Of a DNA stretch of 64,000 bases, positions 1 to 13,409 are shown piece by piece (within the stretch, counting starts at the first letter, position 1; each line of letters starts with the position of its first letter). The notes beneath the pieces were generated by a model that saw only the letters and a program-made list of their open reading frames with translations, was not told the DNA's origin and searched no databases. Origin of the DNA: Euprymna scolopes (Eukaryota); the NCBI GenBank assembly GCA_053919585.1, contig CM132793.1; one strand, written 5' to 3'. Both the position numbers and the translations under genes were made by a program.

Positions 1-362
1 TCTCAAATATTTTGGCGAAGAGCGAGGGGAGGCTAATAGGGCGATAATTTAGTGGGTCAGGTCTTTCGCCAGAATTCTTGAAAACTGGTACTACAGAAGC
101 AGTTTTCTAGCAGGGAGGAAAGCAAGATACAGTAAGTCATTTGTTGTAAAGTTTGGAGAGAACTGGAGCTACTTCGACGGATTACATTTTTTATAGCACT
201 GCCGGGATGAGATCAGGTTCACATGCTTTTGCATTTTGCAAATTTCTTATGATAGCATGCACCTGAGAAGGGGTGATTTTCAGATCGTCTATTGCGGCGT
301 CTGTCCGCAAAGGAAAGTCATGGAGGGGGTGGTTGGCAGGGTCCAGTGTTATGTGTGCGGCA
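1..362 (-). mobile_element. CR1-group LINE (family A) fragment, N-terminal part of RT region, continues beyond window start
   Basis: Minus-strand translation gives ...DFPLRTDAAIDDLKITPSQV...KACEPDLIPAVL...SCFPSC*KTASVVPVFKNSGERPDPLNYRPISL..FAKIFE with stops; homologous to 37530-37850 (+) and 6340-6690 (-). Confidence 0.85.
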
Positions 363-1389
363 AATATCTTTCTCTATATTGATAACATTTATACGTTTAT
401 TTCCCATGTATTGACATTAAAGCCTATTTATCCTATTAACACTATTAAAACAAGTCCTACAGCCGAGGATATGAAAACGACTGCATGAGTTTCTGCTAAT
501 TCGAATATTCCTTTAAACACCGACGTAAATTAGTTATTGATTTATTTCTATTGATTCTTGTAGGTTACAAGCGTAATGATTGGCAGTTTTTATAATCTTG
601 CATAATCGTGTAAAATTTAAAATGAAAATATCCATGGTTAGTTAAATTTTTTATCATCGATGTAGCCAAAAAGCCTTTACCCCAACCACCGAATATTTTC
701 TTTACAGAGTAAAAATTAATATATAGCTTATGTGTAAGTGTAACCTTACATTTAATTTTATTTTAGGCGGTAATAATTTCTACTAGAAAGTTCAAAATTG
801 AAGCAAGTTAAGGCAAGTTAGAATAAATTATTTATCATGCAATTGTATTTTCACATATGCTACATTAAACATTCATAAAGTATCTTTATTTTCAGCTTTC
901 CAGAATAAATTTAATGTGTGTAGCCGAGATGTGAACTACTAACTTTACGGTTTTAATATTACGAATTAATATCTTAAATGTCGTTCAATAGCTTTATAGG
1001 CAATGGCTAATAATGTAAAACTAATAGATTTTTGATATCTCCTCTTTTGTTTTAAACCTACTACATTCATGGGCAAAGGAGAATTATTGTGCCTCTTTCA
1101 TTATATATAGGGATATTATGTTTTACAGAGAGAGAGAGAGACAGTCGGAGGGAGAGAGAGAAAGACAAAAGGAGAACTAGTTGCTATCTACATAAATGCC
1201 AAACATTAATTATATATATGTATATACGGAGGTGGTAGTGCACACGCACGCTTTTATTTAAATAGCAGTTTTCTGAAGAAATCAATTATATTTCTGTCCT
1301 CTTAAAGAAAGAACTAGACTACTAATTAACATAAATCATTTTTACAGATTTAATTTTTATGGCAAAATTATCAATTATTTTCATTAATC

Positions 1390-2400
1390 CTGATGGACCA
1401 CATTTGTAATTTAGGAGGTCAGATTAGACACCTATGAATATGACTTCTAGTCAATGTTGTATCTTTTTGTCTGCTGTTGTTGAACTCAAGCTCTGCATGT
1501 ACATAACATTTGTAAGACATTTAATTGCAAGCAATATAATCATGTTGATCAATAATTGGTCTCATACTTTACCATTCAAACTGAGCATCTTTGTGCGTTG
1601 TGCTGAATTCATACACATTTTTAAGAAGATATCCATATTCTGTTCTGCTCCTATGAAATCTCTCCCTATGTCTTATACGTGATGTATCACTGTTTTAAAA
1701 TGCACTTGTTTTTTCAGAGAGTAGTTTGGTAATGCTTAAATTTCAGTAGGTTTTAGAGCAGAAATAAATCGGTTTAGCGCGAAATACGGGATGTGCCATT
1801 AAAATTTATATATATATATATATCCTGTTTGTATTATCTCCCTAGCAGAATACGTATCTACTCTTCTCAGTCGAGAATCAATGAAGTCAAATAAGTGTAA
1901 TAGTTTTAATTGAAGTCGTATGTATATTGCCACTGGTATTCTGTTACTTGCCATTTCCCGTGTCTGTTCTACTATATCTGATATTAGCTCCACTCTTAAT
2001 GTTTTATTTTAAGTGGAGTCAGTTTCCTTACAGAGATGGCCATTGAATCTGTTCGCACACTCCTAACAGAAAGCTAACAGAAAATATCACTGAAAATACC
2101 CAGGAATAATCTGACATGACCAGAAATATTTAACTTCGTTGTGCATCTATACTAGTGACTTATTTTCATTCAAGTTGTAGACTGGTTGTTGACCTTTTCA
2201 TAGATATTAGCTATTGTTGATCATCTTAGTTGATCCATATCATCCAGACCCACTCTCTGATCTACAAGTCTACCAAACATTTTAACGCTTAAGCGTGCTG
2301 GTATCTATTTTACAACAATTTCTGACAAGATACTCTTCAGCACATAAAATCAATGAAATCTACAGCCTTACTATTTCTAAATCAATTCCAAGTTCGTTCG
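1390..2400 (-). mobile_element. Highly decayed LINE RT remnant (CR1/L2-like)
   Basis: ORF 1799-1993 (ELISDIVEQ..NRIPVAIYIRL) resembles the ELVD..PVAIYIDLSKAFD motif, followed by GTSRISR*TDLFLL (GVPQGSILGPLLFLL-like) at ~1797-1750. Confidence 0.5.
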
Positions 2401-4149
2401 TTTTCACGATTTTCCTACAAGGTATCTGGATCTTCTTCTGTTCTAGTGACCACTATCTGTGTAACATCCTGCGGTTGAGCGCGTGGAAAGTAATTGCAGC
2501 AGTGAAGGATGACCAGCGTGTGTACATGTTAGCAGCACACTTTTAATAAAATCGCGCCTATGGAGATTTGGAACTGTTCCCGTAAGAAGGGGGGAAAGCC
2601 GGGGCTATGCAACATAAATTGGATTGCTACGTCGAATAGTGTTTGAGATGGCTTTTGCTAGTTTAAACTCGGTCTCTGAATCTTTTTTATTATGGAGCTC
2701 ATCCATGTATACTAGAATAATAAAGGTCCTAAGAACGACCTTTGCTTTACCCCTGCGTTTATATTGTGTTGTACTGACGTATGGCAATTTACGACAATGT
2801 AGATTGCTCTTGTGTCTAAGAATGCTTTAATAATATCAAGTGTTTATAAAGTATTGCCATATAGTTAATTTTTATGAGCATACTATAATACCAAACTCTG
2901 CCAAAACCCTCAGATATAATAACCACTAGTGTCCTAGACTCATTTATGTAAACTAATTCGGTATATATACGTTTAAAATTACTGTTTAATATCTGCAGCA
3001 GAATAATATAGCCTAAATCCATACTGTTATGTCGAAAAATATTGAATGCCCATGAGAAGGGGTACTAATGCTTCATTGAATATGGTTTCAAAGATATTGA
3101 CAAAGCGATTGCAGAATGTAAGGAAAACTTATTGAATTTCGTCCATTTCAACGCTTCACTCTAGTATGAAAGAGGCAATGTTCTAACAGCCAGTGTAATA
3201 AGATTATTAATGTAAGTGGTGATCAGTTTTCGTTTAACTGAAGTAAATGCACTTTTATAACGGGGTAGCAGATATAGGATCAAATCAACATGTTATCGTG
3301 CTTCTAAGGATGTTTGCTATTAAAGGCATAAAAATACAGTTATTTGAAATCATCGAATTTGGGATTCCTATGCAAAGGTAATTAGTGAAGGGATTGGTTC
3401 GTTGGGTGAAGAATTTAAGGCAATCGCTTGACTAGTATACATAGCACCCTACTAATTTTATATGCAAACTACATAAAGGTTGTTTTTACGCGGAAATTGT
3501 GTATTGATAATTACGTATTGCACAATTATATGTTTTCAAGAAAGAATGTGTCCTACATTTCTGCTACCCAATATGTTTTTGTTAGTTTCATTATGGGTTG
3601 CGATTATTTTACTCGTAAAAAAAACAATTTTGCTTCTGTGCTCATTTTTCTATTTGTAGAGCAATTATGTCAGATACGTCTGCTAAATGCAATGTTTGTG
3701 CAATTAAACAAATGAGAAGAGAAAGGTTTGCTTTAAAACGCCTGTGTCGGCATCTTTGCTTCAGTTCTTATATTTAACCATCCCGTAACTTCTTTGAAAA
3801 AATTTTCTGCAGAAAGTGAAAGGAAATGCGTCATGGAACATATTTTATGCTATATCTGATGTCATTTTTGTCAATTTTCTTGAGGTGCATGGTCATTTCG
3901 GGCAATGCCTCTTAAACTTGATTCGTGAGATCACAGTGATGCATACCAACATCAACATTATCAGTATGCCTGAATAAGCTATCAGCATAACATACACTAT
4001 TTTTATTAAGAAATAACGATTGTTACACTAATGATATATGATGCGTGCTTTGGACTTTACAGCTTGATACAACAGATTCAACATATGGATACTATACATA
4101 ATGCTGCCAGGAGAAATACGGCAAAATCCTCTTGGACATTAAACATATA

Positions 4150-4560
4150 ACCTTGAGCACTATTATTTAGAGTGATTGCTGTATATATCCAGTCCTAGAA
4201 ATCGTTGTTTAGAGTACGGTCCCTGGTGGAAATAGAAAAGTATAAAAATGTGAGTAACACACCCTATGTTGCATGTTTAGTAAAAAGCACATCAAGACCA
4301 GTTGATCTGATTCTAATTAAGATTTTATAGTAAAAGAATCGATGACGGTTCGTGATTTTTGATATGATGATTTGTTATCGTATTATGTGGATTCATCAGA
4401 TTACTGTAAGGATCTTGGGTATTATTTTCATGCTTCGCTTGATGAAACCTCCCCCATTAATCAGGTGTATCTTGTAAAACTCAGGGATGTTTCTTTCGCA
4501 CCCGGAAATCAGAACGGAATTCTGAGCTACAGGCTTCATCACTTCACAGGGTAGCGTGCT
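4150..4560 (+). mobile_element. Possible very old LINE RT C-terminal remnant
   Basis: VDSSDYCKDLGYYFHASL resembles the (E)KDLGV.FDS.L thumb-region motif of CR1/L2 ORF2; otherwise heavily decayed. Confidence 0.3.
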
Positions 4561-4614
4561 CCTGTTCTATTAGTCATGACTGGTAAGATATTCTAAATAA
4601 TTTGCAATTGTATT

Positions 4615-4710
4615 TTTCGGTCGCCCACACTGAGGATTGAACCTTTAACATCCAGGAGAATATCACAGCTTACACTTGTTTTCCAAGTACTCTAACTACT
4701 ACGTCACGGA
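4615..4710 (-). mobile_element. Degenerate tRNA-derived SINE head (pol III A and B boxes)
   Basis: Minus strand TGACGTAGTAGTTAG (A-box-like) ... GGTTCAATCCT (B-box); no intact cloverleaf. Confidence 0.4.
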
Positions 4711-4858
4711 TCTTTGCAATCGGCAAGGATATGTGCCGCAATGCTAAGACTAAACTGAATAGAATACCTGATACATCAAATGCGTTCGGAACGTGTATGT
4801 ACAATATCGTATAGCCGATTCGAAATATAATAACTGCTGTCGTTAAGATAAATTTATG

Positions 4859-5115
4859 TTATAGACGGTGAATAAAGTCCCCCACTAAACGCTTTTTTAA
4901 TGAATAATGCAGGTTTGTTCTTATCTTGCTCAGACGAGCCTGGAAACAACATAGCTCACTGACCAACTCTTCATAAGCACACATGCATCTATAACCAATG
5001 ATAGACACGCTGTTCAAATAAGAACCGGTCTGCACAGATACATGGAGATCACGATCTGCGTTGGCGAAATTACCAGCCAAAACTGTCAAAATTCTGTAAG
5101 GATCTGCTACCCTTT
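4859..5115 (-). mobile_element. Possible Tx1/L1-like APE endonuclease remnant
   Basis: RILTVLAGNFAN.DRD (LVLxGDFN-like), SYLNSVSI (SYLDRVLV-like), LKKRLVG; motifs are weak and internally deleted. Confidence 0.3.
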
Positions 5116-5534
5116 CCTGGCAAGACTAAAGAAACTAATCAGTCACTATTTTTTCATTTCTACTCCCATCGCTCAAAAAAGACGTGACAGAAAAAAACTG
5201 AAACATAATTCTGAAATGTGAGTTCCGGTTTCTGTAGCATATATTTCTGTTGTTGTGTCACACAATCATGCGTATCCATATTAATAATGATACAATGGCT
5301 TCTACGATTGCTTTTATCTTTTTTATTCTTAAATTAGTGCTTGCCAAATTCTAACACCTAAACATTGCAAGCTCGTTATCCCTCCACGTTTTAGGATAAG
5401 TTGTGTGAAAACAAACTGTAATTAGAAGCAATGTTTACCATGATATAGCTGAAACATAGGTGTACCATTAATAGCAAAAAGTAGAGTATGGTTACTCTTT
5501 TAACTCCGTAGTTAATATTATAAAATACAAATGT

Positions 5535-8500
5535 TTTTTAATTGCATTTCCACTCGAATCAAGGCATATTGCTACTTTGATGTAGGAATCTACTATTAGG
5601 GACCTAAGTTCCAGGGGCACTATGTAGAGAGTTTAGCAGCAATATGTGTGTTCACATTACACATGAACTTCTGCATGTCAGTACCGTTGGGGTAGTAAGA
5701 AACCGGAAGGGAATTCCAAAGTCCAGCAGTTCTGGGGAGAAAATATTAGAGTAAAAGGTGTCTTACATCTAGGGATCTCAACTGTGTGAGTGGGACTTTG
5801 CTGCTCATCGTGGTTGTCGGGGTATTTTCGACGAGAGAGTACAAGTCTTACGTAAGACATGTGATCAGTAATTTTACCAACGTGCCTGCTATAGAGCGTG
5901 TTGTAGTCTGCAAATATACCCATCCCAGAGAGAATTTTATCAGGCAAGTCACTTATAAATATCAGAAATGATAAAGGTTCAAGGATCAATCCCTTAGGTA
6001 CACCCATATTTATATAATTTTCTTTACGTACGCCCATCGGGGACAACCTGGATTCTTCTCTCATTTAAAAAAGAATTTAATGATGTTAAGCATTCGTCCA
6101 GTAATACCATATTATTTTATTTCATGTGAAGACAATTGTGACCTACCCTGTCAAAATCGTTAGATATATCTAGGGCTACTGCCTTCCTCTCCCCTGCCGT
6201 ATGCAGTGCTGTGTATAAAAGTTCAGAGATTACAGTTAGAATATCAGCAATAAAACGGGATTGCCTAAATCCATATTGGTTTCTGACAGAAGTTTAGCAG
6301 CGGTAAGGAGGTAGATTAGAGCTTGATTAATGAAGGAGTCAAATATTTTGGCCAAAGGAGGAAGGAGGCTCATCGGGCAATAATTTTATGGGCCAGATAT
6401 TTTGACAGAATTTGTGTAAACTGGTACTAAGAAAGCAGTTTAACAGCAGCCAGAAACAAGTTCATTAAGGTATTTGTTAAAGAGTTTAGTGAGAAAAAGA
6501 ACGCCCTCACCAGAACATTTTTAGTAGCACAGCTTGGATGAGGTCAAGTCCTGTCAAGTTGTCTAGATGTTTTATGACATCATTTAATTGAAAGGGCGTG
6601 ATCTTTAGATCATCTAGCATGGTTTCTGTCCGCTGAAGAAAATCAGAGAAGGCATGGCTTGCTGGGCCCAAGTTAGGGTTTGGGGCAAACTGACGGGCAA
6701 GCATGTTAGATTTCTTAGTTGCTGGGCAAACAAATTCAGGATTGTTGGGTAGTGTGGATATTTTCGATTGCCCATTATTTACTACCCTGTCGTAGATTTG
6801 TGTGCTTCTATGCGTTTCGTGGTGGTTTCAGTGTATTTACTCTAAGCTGTTGCTACTTCTTTATTTCAACTATTTCTAGCTTCTAAATATTTTGTCTGTT
6901 TGTACATAACTTATGGCGGATATATTGACGGTATGCATGTTGCCTCGGAGCAATGGCAGTTGTGCATGTAGAGATAAACCAATGAGTAGAGTTTACTATA
7001 GAATATCCGTGTAGGAATTTGTGCTTCAATTCTTACTTTGAATAATTCAGTAGTCTCATTTGCGAACTGTTCTGCTGAAAGAGAAAATATATTTCCTAAT
7101 GCAGCCACTCTGATGTAACATCTAACGGCTTCCCAGTCAGCTTTACTGTAGTACTTGTTGTTTTCAACAACTTGGGGTCGAGAGTAATGTTTAACATTAA
7201 TACAGCGTGGTCAGCATTCCCGAGTTTTCAATGAACATTTGTTACACAAACATCAGGAACAGTTGTCAGAAATAGATAAAGTAAAATGAGGCTTGCATGG
7301 CCCTGACGATTTGGGGAACAGGTCGGGAATGTTACTGTCTGTGTCAGAAAATTGGATACAGACAATTATAGATGACGCAACCAGATTTTTCAGTGTAATT
7401 AGAGAAGTCACGCCAATATCTGTGGTGAGCGTTAAATTCACCAAGTACATGCATTTGGGAGCTAGTGTCAAGAAAAAGTGCTACATTTATGCTGTCAGAG
7501 ACATGATTGATTATAGCATAGTCCTGGGTTGATGGAAAGTGATAGGTACACTACAGGAAGCTAAATTAGTTTAAAGATCATGAAGAGCTGGTCACCTTAT
7601 TCTAGTGTAGATTCCCTAGACATGGGGTGGATTTACGAATATAGACTCCAAAGCAGTGCATGTGCGTGTCTGAGTCCTTACGACAAAGTGGGTGATACTC
7701 AGAAATATTAAAGATGGTACATGGGATGGAGAAGTGCAAGTTAGTTTGCTAAGGGGAATGTTTCTACATCATCTATGTTAGTTCTAAGTCTTCGGATATT
7801 TGTAAATGCTAACCTCGCGGAAGGAGACGAATTGTTTGAGCGTGTGTCTGGTTTGAATGTTTTTTTAATTGAGTTGTCATTAGATTGTATATGTTTTTTT
7901 TTACTTGAGCTATTATTTAATTTTTTTTTTAATTTGAGCAGTCATTTCATCTTATTTGCGGTTTTTGAACTGACCTGTCATTTTATTTTTTGTGTACTTT
8001 TTAATTGAACTGTCATTTAATTTTATATCATAGTTTTTCATATCGAGGGTGAGGTGTTAGGCAAAACGAATGATCATAGCCACCATAATGCTACACGAGT
8101 AGACCATCAGCCGGCTCCTCATCCAAACATGTTTAACTAAGTTCAAAATGAAGGAATCAATTTTCATTTCCTTACATTCGCATTGTTGTAAGGAGTTGAG
8201 AGACGGAGTGTCGGGCAAATCGACCGTACACCCATTAAAGTATACACAACGATAGTGGAAACGGAAATAGAAAAAGAAGAATAGCAAGCGCGGATATTTA
8301 GAATAATACGCTTTGGGAGCGATTAATAACTATATGTGTCGTGTTTTAATTTAAGGAAATAGGATATTAGTGGGCATTGGACTATGTAGCCGGACACCAC
8401 TGGCATCTTTATCAAATAGCCTGGCGTTGGTGGGCACTGGAACAAGTATATGGGCGTCAGTGGGCATTGTTGCAGATAGACGAACGACAGTCGACACTGC

Positions 8501-8930
8501 AGCATGTAACCGAATGTCAGTGGAATTTGAAACGTTTAGATGGAATCTATAGAGGCGGGAAGTCGCCAGAGAGATCGGGAATCGCTGCGTGATTTAAGTT
8601 GAGTCAATGGCAAGAGTGAGCTTGAAACCGCCGCAGTAAACTGTTAAACTCCTTGAGTGGCTGCAAGAGAGTACGCTGGATTTTCTAGAAGTAAGCCGGA
8701 GTTGAAGCAGGTTCATGAACTGGAGTGAGGCGTTTTCAAGAAGAGACCCAGGAGGCAGGAAGCAGTAGAAAATCATATATGCATCAAATTATGTTGCCCC
8801 TTGTCCCCAAGATGACGGGGAGCACCGACTTGACAAACAGGTTACGTTCTGAACCTAAAATTCGCCATGGTAGTCGTTAGCTTTATGGAGAACCGTTGGT
8901 GATGCAGGCTCGACAGTCGCTTTCGTGTCA
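5535..8930 (-). mobile_element. Near-full-length decayed CR1-group LINE (family A): 5' region/putative ORF1, APE endonuclease, RT with an internal deletion, 3' tail
   Basis: APE start RLAFTNIRRLRTN at ~7830; RT motifs GVPKGLILEPLSFLIFISDLPD/GIFADY (ORF 5678-6064) joined directly to the C-terminal HTVEIPRCK, so several hundred bp are deleted near 5860; family-A 3' end (caaagtagcaatatgccttgattcgagtggaaatgcaattaaaaaa) at 5535-5580; the 5' limit beyond ~7830 is inferred. Confidence 0.8.
8369..8548. repeat. Degenerate 30-bp tandem repeat (about 6 units) upstream of the CR1 APE
   Basis: Units start agtgggcattgg / actggcatc / ggtgggcactgg / agtgggcattgt / agtcgacactg / agtggaattt at exact 30-bp spacing; reads as 10-aa repeats (YLxQCPxTP) on the minus strand. 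Confidence 0.75.
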
Positions 8931-9699
8931 CTAAATAAAGTATCCCTAAATTATTCCACCGCATATTATTCAGTTATGTCTTCGGTGTTTATTAACTGCA
9001 TTTATTTTAATCGAAGTTGGGAACAATCGTCCATTGGTTTTCTTTAATGCATGAAATAAGACGTCTTATTTTGCTGTGGTTTGAAAACTGTTGTTGATAT
9101 TTTTTGCACACGTAGGCGCAGTGTATTTCTCAGAATGGCAAGTTATAGCAGACAACGATCTGTATCATACGTAAAAGAGATCCACAAGCGGGAGACTATT
9201 ATAATGATTCTTCATTGCGTTGCTTTTTATTATGTTAAACGTGTGTATACAGTGGAGCTTTCCTGTGACAGAAACAAATACAATCTGAGATCTTACTCTA
9301 TTGTGTGAACTTTATATTATCGCACACGATAATTCCAGCTTTATTTAGTGAAACTTATATTAAATATAAATTACAATAACGATAAAGAAAAAATGGATGA
9401 AGCAGATGAATTTCGCCATCAAAACTTCAGTCAAATTGTCTCCCGCTTGCGGATTACTTCTACAAATACAACGAAGCTTATAACTGGCATCGATTAACTA
9501 CTAGACTAGATAACTTCTAGTATATCACTCTAAAGAAGTGAAACTAAACAACGTTACTGAAACATCTTTATTAAACGTGACATGACACAATGCAATCAAC
9601 CCATGCCCATCACTGCAATGTTCAAATCGCGTGATATAGATAAAACTTTTAATAGTCTGGATGCTAGTCTACTGATTATAAATCTCTAATATTATTACA

Positions 9700-11685
9700 G
9701 GCTGCATGTATAATATAGTAAAACAAAATAAGCATTCACACATGTATTTTATTGTATACTTCGACAGCATAACATTAAATGCAGATGAGATGCATTTAAT
9801 GTTTCTCATGTATTTAATGAATAAAGCTAAAACAAGTGTAACCAAACTTGGTAAATTTTCAGCTAATACAAACCAATACCAATTACTCACTCATAATAAC
9901 GTTAAAATCTATGAAATTATTTACTAAGATGATAACATCTATCGATGGTTGCATTTGATTCTTTTCATGAAAACAATATTTACAATATTTATTACGATTT
10001 CCGTGTATTATAGCACGCTACATGATAGTTGAATATTTCAAACCAGGACCTACCAAAAAAGAGTATAGAATAAGAATAGTCTCTCCTGGTATTTCAGACA
10101 TGGGGAACATTTTTAAACAGATTGTTGATAGAATATAGCCAATGATTAAATCTCAGGTATCTCAATCTATCGTTTTCATCAGACGAAGTTTTGAATTGGT
10201 TTGATACATTGCCTAAATGCATAACAGTAAGTATATAATGTTTGACATTGACTCATATTACCCATCTATTTCTTCTAAATTATAAGATATGACAGTAGAA
10301 TTGGCAAACTCTTAAACGAACATTATTAAATTGGAAATTGGCATATGTAAATTAGTCAGAAGAACTTTAATTAACAATAATACATATTTGACTAGGTAAA
10401 ATAGAGAATCTAACTTTGATATTAGGATGGGTCCCTAGACTCTGCAAAGGAGGCTGGCCTGATCGGTCTCTATACTCTGACAGAATTGGGGAGAAAGAAA
10501 CCAAATGCATAGGGAGTTGTGTACAGAGATGATGCACTATGTTTCATTAACTCTGGAATAGAGTAATCAAAGGATATATCATTTCTTTAAAGATATTGGC
10601 TTAAATATAATTATAGATACAAATTATAAATTAGTTAATTTCCTTGAGGCCCCCTGTAATCTAATTAACTGCACGTATTAACCTTATCAGAAAGCTAATC
10701 AAATGTTACACTATATTGAGTATAAATCAAACCACCCAATATCAAAGTAAAAAGCAATTGTACATAGTATAAAAAACAATTATCTTAAAATGAGGCTATT
10801 TTTAATAACAATATTACAACGGAGCACTAGCCACATATGGATATAAAGGCAAAATAAGAAATATTATCAATGTAAATTACGAATCAGAGGAAGGGAAACC
10901 ATCAAAACAGAGACTGTCACATGTTATTCCATGCAATATGGCAATGGGTAAATACAATAATAAAAATAGGAGAAGTATTAATGTTAATAAAATTAATGTT
11001 AACGACAATATCAGTAAGTCCCGAATAAACAACATTAAACCATTTATAAGAAAATAGACGTAGAAATTGTGTTTGGTGTAACCCTCCTTACTTTGCACAC
11101 ATAATAATAAATTTACCAAAAGAATTTTTTCAAATTCTGATAAAAATTTCCCTACTGGAAATGGTGTAAAATGAATTATAAACCAAAATGATGTCAAATT
11201 ATCTTTTTTGACGTTTACTAATTAAGTTTAAACTAGTATAAATTCTCACAATGCAAAACTAAACAAAGAGGCAAATAACCAAAACATTGAAATGACTTGA
11301 TTTTGCATAACTATTATTGACGAATTTCAATTAGCCGGTAAATGTTTCATTTCTCATATAGTAGTTAGATGTGATGTAACCGGTAATAACAGGATAAGGA
11401 AAGCTATTGACGCCACAGCTGTAGCTTTAAAGAAATATTCAATAATCATAGTCCATCATTCAAAATACCACAGGTCAACAATAAGAAGAAAAGAACATCA
11501 TTAGCAAATTGAATTAGGGAAGTAAGGTCAAACAAAAGTGAATCCAAATTGAAATGGTCGATATTGGGCAGTGCCAGTAAATACTCACCGAACAAGTCGG
11601 GCCGATGTAACCTTTACAATCTTGAATCGTGCCATATAATAATATCTAAAGGAACCTTCTTAACAGTTATATTATAGGATTATCG
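9700..11685 (+). mobile_element. Decayed Penelope-like element (PLE): RT plus C-terminal GIY-YIG endonuclease
   Basis: Successive PLE motifs with stops/frameshifts: RIVSPGISDMGNI..IVDRI, EVLNWF, IMFDIDSYYPSIS, MGSLDSAKEAGLIGLY, VYRDDAL, VNFL..PYQKAN..SNHP, WCNPPY, T*FC..QLAGKC linker, KWSILGSA..GRCNL; 5' limit approximate, 3' end interrupted by a CR1. Confidence 0.8.
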
Positions 11686-12921
11686 ACGGTGGTTACTATT
11701 CTAAGGAAATTGCTCTTGACATATCTAAGGCTTTCGATAGCGTGTGGCATAAAGGTTTACTTCAGAAGATGCCCATCTACGGTATAGCAGAAAATTATTA
11801 AATCATGTATATCTGATAGGTTCATAAGTAGTTATGGGCAGAAATCAAAAGGTATCAGTATTTATGCTAGAGCCCCTCAAGGGTTCATCCTGGACCCAAC
11901 ACCTTTCCTTATCTACATATATCATCTTGCGAATCAGATCCTTACATCATTCGTAGACATTTATGCTGATGACAGTAGTATCTATGGAAGCACATCTAAG
12001 ACCATAAACAGCCAAGTTCTCTCTGATTCTCTCTCCTCTGATCTTGAGCACGTGGTTCAATGGGGTGAAGAGGTTGCTTGTTACTTTTAATGCATCTAAA
12101 ACCAAGTTTTTATCTTTACATCATCAACACTGTGCCCCCATCAGACATCAATTAAAATGAATAACTCTCGATTTGAGGAGACCTCATGTTTTGTCAAGCT
12201 TCATGGCTTAAGCTTTACTCCTGATCTTAAGTAGAACACATACATTACATCCGTTGCTAAGGCCGCTGGAAAAAAATGGTGGGATCCTTCTCTCGATCAA
12301 GTAGAAAACTCAGTGCTGATGAAATTCTCTATCTATATAAGAGCCAGGTGCATCTAAGAATGGAGTACTGTTGACATATTTGGGCAGGAGCTGCTAGAAA
12401 AGACTTATCCTGCCTTGATAGAGTTCAAAAGAGACTTCGTAGCCTCGTAGGGGATTCCATTTTCTCTTCCCTGCAACCTCTTCTCACAGAGGAGATGTAG
12501 CGAGTGTGTCTCTGCTTTATCGTAATTTTCATGGCAAGTGATCGACTGAGCTCCAGTCTATGACCGCTCCTCGCAAAACTTTCACAAAAAACAACCGTCT
12601 AACAGAAAGTACTTTCACCAATTTCCTCAACTCTTCATCAGTACTTAAACCTAAACGTAGATTCCATGAACAAACTTTCTTTCTAAGAACTGCACGCCTA
12701 TGGGATTGTCTTCCGTTTTCCTGCTTTCCAGCGTACTAAATTATAGTTTTCTCCAAGTCTAACGTAAATAAGTTTTTGATGAGCAGTTTCATATAATTAA
12801 CAATCTTACCGAAGTACCATTACTAACGATACGATATTGCCCAATTTCTACTGTACTCTCCTTTACCCTTATACTCGAGTGGTCTCTTGACCTTGATGGT
12901 TGGTGATATCTATGTAAAAAA
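11686..12921 (+). mobile_element. 5'-truncated CR1-group LINE (family B), decayed
   Basis: IALDISKAFDSVWHKGLL, APQGFILDPTPFLIY, DIYADDS, MEYC*HIWAGA; 3' UTR cccttatactcgagtggtctcttgaccttgat...tatgtaaaaaa shared with 63480-63540. Confidence 0.85.
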
Positions 12922-12933
12922 TAACAAACACCA

Positions 12934-12934
<1 letters not shown>

Positions 12935-12994
<60 letters not shown>

Positions 12995-13043
12995 TATATA
13001 GGTATTTTTATTTTTCAACCAACGCACAACACTTACAATTGAG

Positions 13044-13108
<65 letters not shown>
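12935..13108. repeat. Two (TA)n microsatellites
   Basis: Direct reading: TA runs at ~12935-12992 and ~13047-13108. Confidence 0.95.
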
Positions 13109-13112
<4 letters not shown>

Positions 13113-13409
13113 ATTTTTTGTGCAGAGAGGTGTTAGATGAGATAAGCCATTGGTACCGTCGGTTTCAAGATTGATAATTCGGACCGTTTTAGATATACAT
13201 ATAAATTTCTCTTTTTAGGTAAAATTAACATAGCAATAAAACACGCACTTTAAAATGATATATTTTATTATTTAAATCAATCGTTTTTTAATATTATTTT
13301 TAAATGTCGTTAAAACGTATTAACTAAAAATATATTTTTTGTTAGGTAAACTAAGCTGGATGGGTCGGAAAAGCCACAAATATATATATTTTTTAATATG
13401 TAAATAAAT

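Noticed and set aside
1750-1766. GTTTTAGAGCAGAAATA resembles the start of the SpCas9 sgRNA scaffold / CRISPR repeat
   Set aside because: Single occurrence with one base missing, downstream sequence does not match, no array; it lies on the antisense strand of a decayed LINE RT motif
8369-8548. Regularly spaced repeat that could be taken for a CRISPR array
   Set aside because: Degenerate 30-bp tandem units without constant repeats and unique spacers; eukaryotic TE context, no cas genes
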